The notes under the pieces were generated by a model that saw only the letters and a list, made by a program, of their open reading frames with translations, did not search any database and was not told where the DNA came from. Below are positions 63,509 through 64,000 of a DNA stretch of 64,000 bases, one piece after another (the stretch's first letter is position 1; each line of letters starts with the position of its first letter). Position numbers and translations under genes: made by a program. The stretch is from contig NC_092394.1 of NCBI RefSeq assembly GCF_030028105.1, forward strand, positions 35,694,752 to 35,758,751, given 5' to 3'. Source of the DNA: Mobula birostris (taxonomy: Eukaryota).

Positions 63509-64000
63509 CAGTGAATTACGGTAAACTGGGACACACTGGGCCCCAATACATTTTGGTCCAAATAAACAGCTGCCCTAATTAGCCAAAGTTTCATGGAAAT
63601 AGTTGAGGTTTAAAAAAACTGTTCAACTGAGTAACAAGTTGTGTATTTAAATGAAGTACAGATCAAGTTACAACATTATCAATACTACTACAGTACTATA
63701 AAACTGTATTAGCTCCTAATAGCTATCGATTGAGGAATTCATCCAGAGTATGCTGCCATGTTCTTTTGATTGATTGTAAATGAACAAAATCAGCAGACAC
63801 CTAGTGCAGAAAGTGGACTAACTTCATGCAATGCTTTTGACAATTGCATGCTCCGAATCTTCATTTTCATTGAAACATTCAAAATGATTGTTGATACCTT
63901 CAAATCTTTGTAGTTCCTTAACTTGAAACAGTGAAATCATTTCATTTTCACTTCTAGGTATTTCTGGCATGTCCAAGTCAGAATGCTTGAAACCACAGTG
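63509..64000 (-). mobile_element. pogo/Tigger-like element (same family as 37960-40022), runs off the window
   Basis: Reverse-complement similarity to 39780-40022 and 38300-38480. Confidence 0.7.

Overview
Eukaryotic (vertebrate) genomic DNA; the repeat landscape (CR1, Rex1-type, Penelope, tRNA-derived V-SINE-like elements) suggests a cartilaginous fish, probably a ray (inference). Two housekeeping genes lie head-to-head. TYW1 (wybutosine synthesis, flavodoxin + radical SAM) is on the minus strand, with 8 coding exons traced from an ATG at 41909 down to 2543; the gene continues beyond the left edge. SBDS is complete on the plus strand (5 exons, 49185-58588, 250 aa). A probable terminal exon and long 3' UTR of a third, convergent gene (TMEM248 by synteny, low confidence) lies at 60.8-63.3 kb. 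Most short ORFs in the track are fragments of mobile elements: Rex1-, CR1-, L2-, L1- and I/Nimb-type LINEs, Penelope-like elements, a Gypsy relic, a solo LTR, Tc1/pogo-type DNA elements and SINEs. Most notable: (1) the two promoters are about 7 kb apart, separated by insertions that include an intact, apparently spliced 213-aa ORF of likely transposon origin surrounded by repeated 14-bp motifs; (2) minimal hammerhead ribozyme motifs in Penelope-derived repeats, one in sense with the TYW1 pre-mRNA; (3) a 36-bp VNTR in the SBDS promoter; (4) a young LINE with a 12-bp TSD inserted next to the TYW1 start; (5) a Rex1-type insertion with an inverted 5' end. All calls are from reading the sequence by eye; no searches were run.
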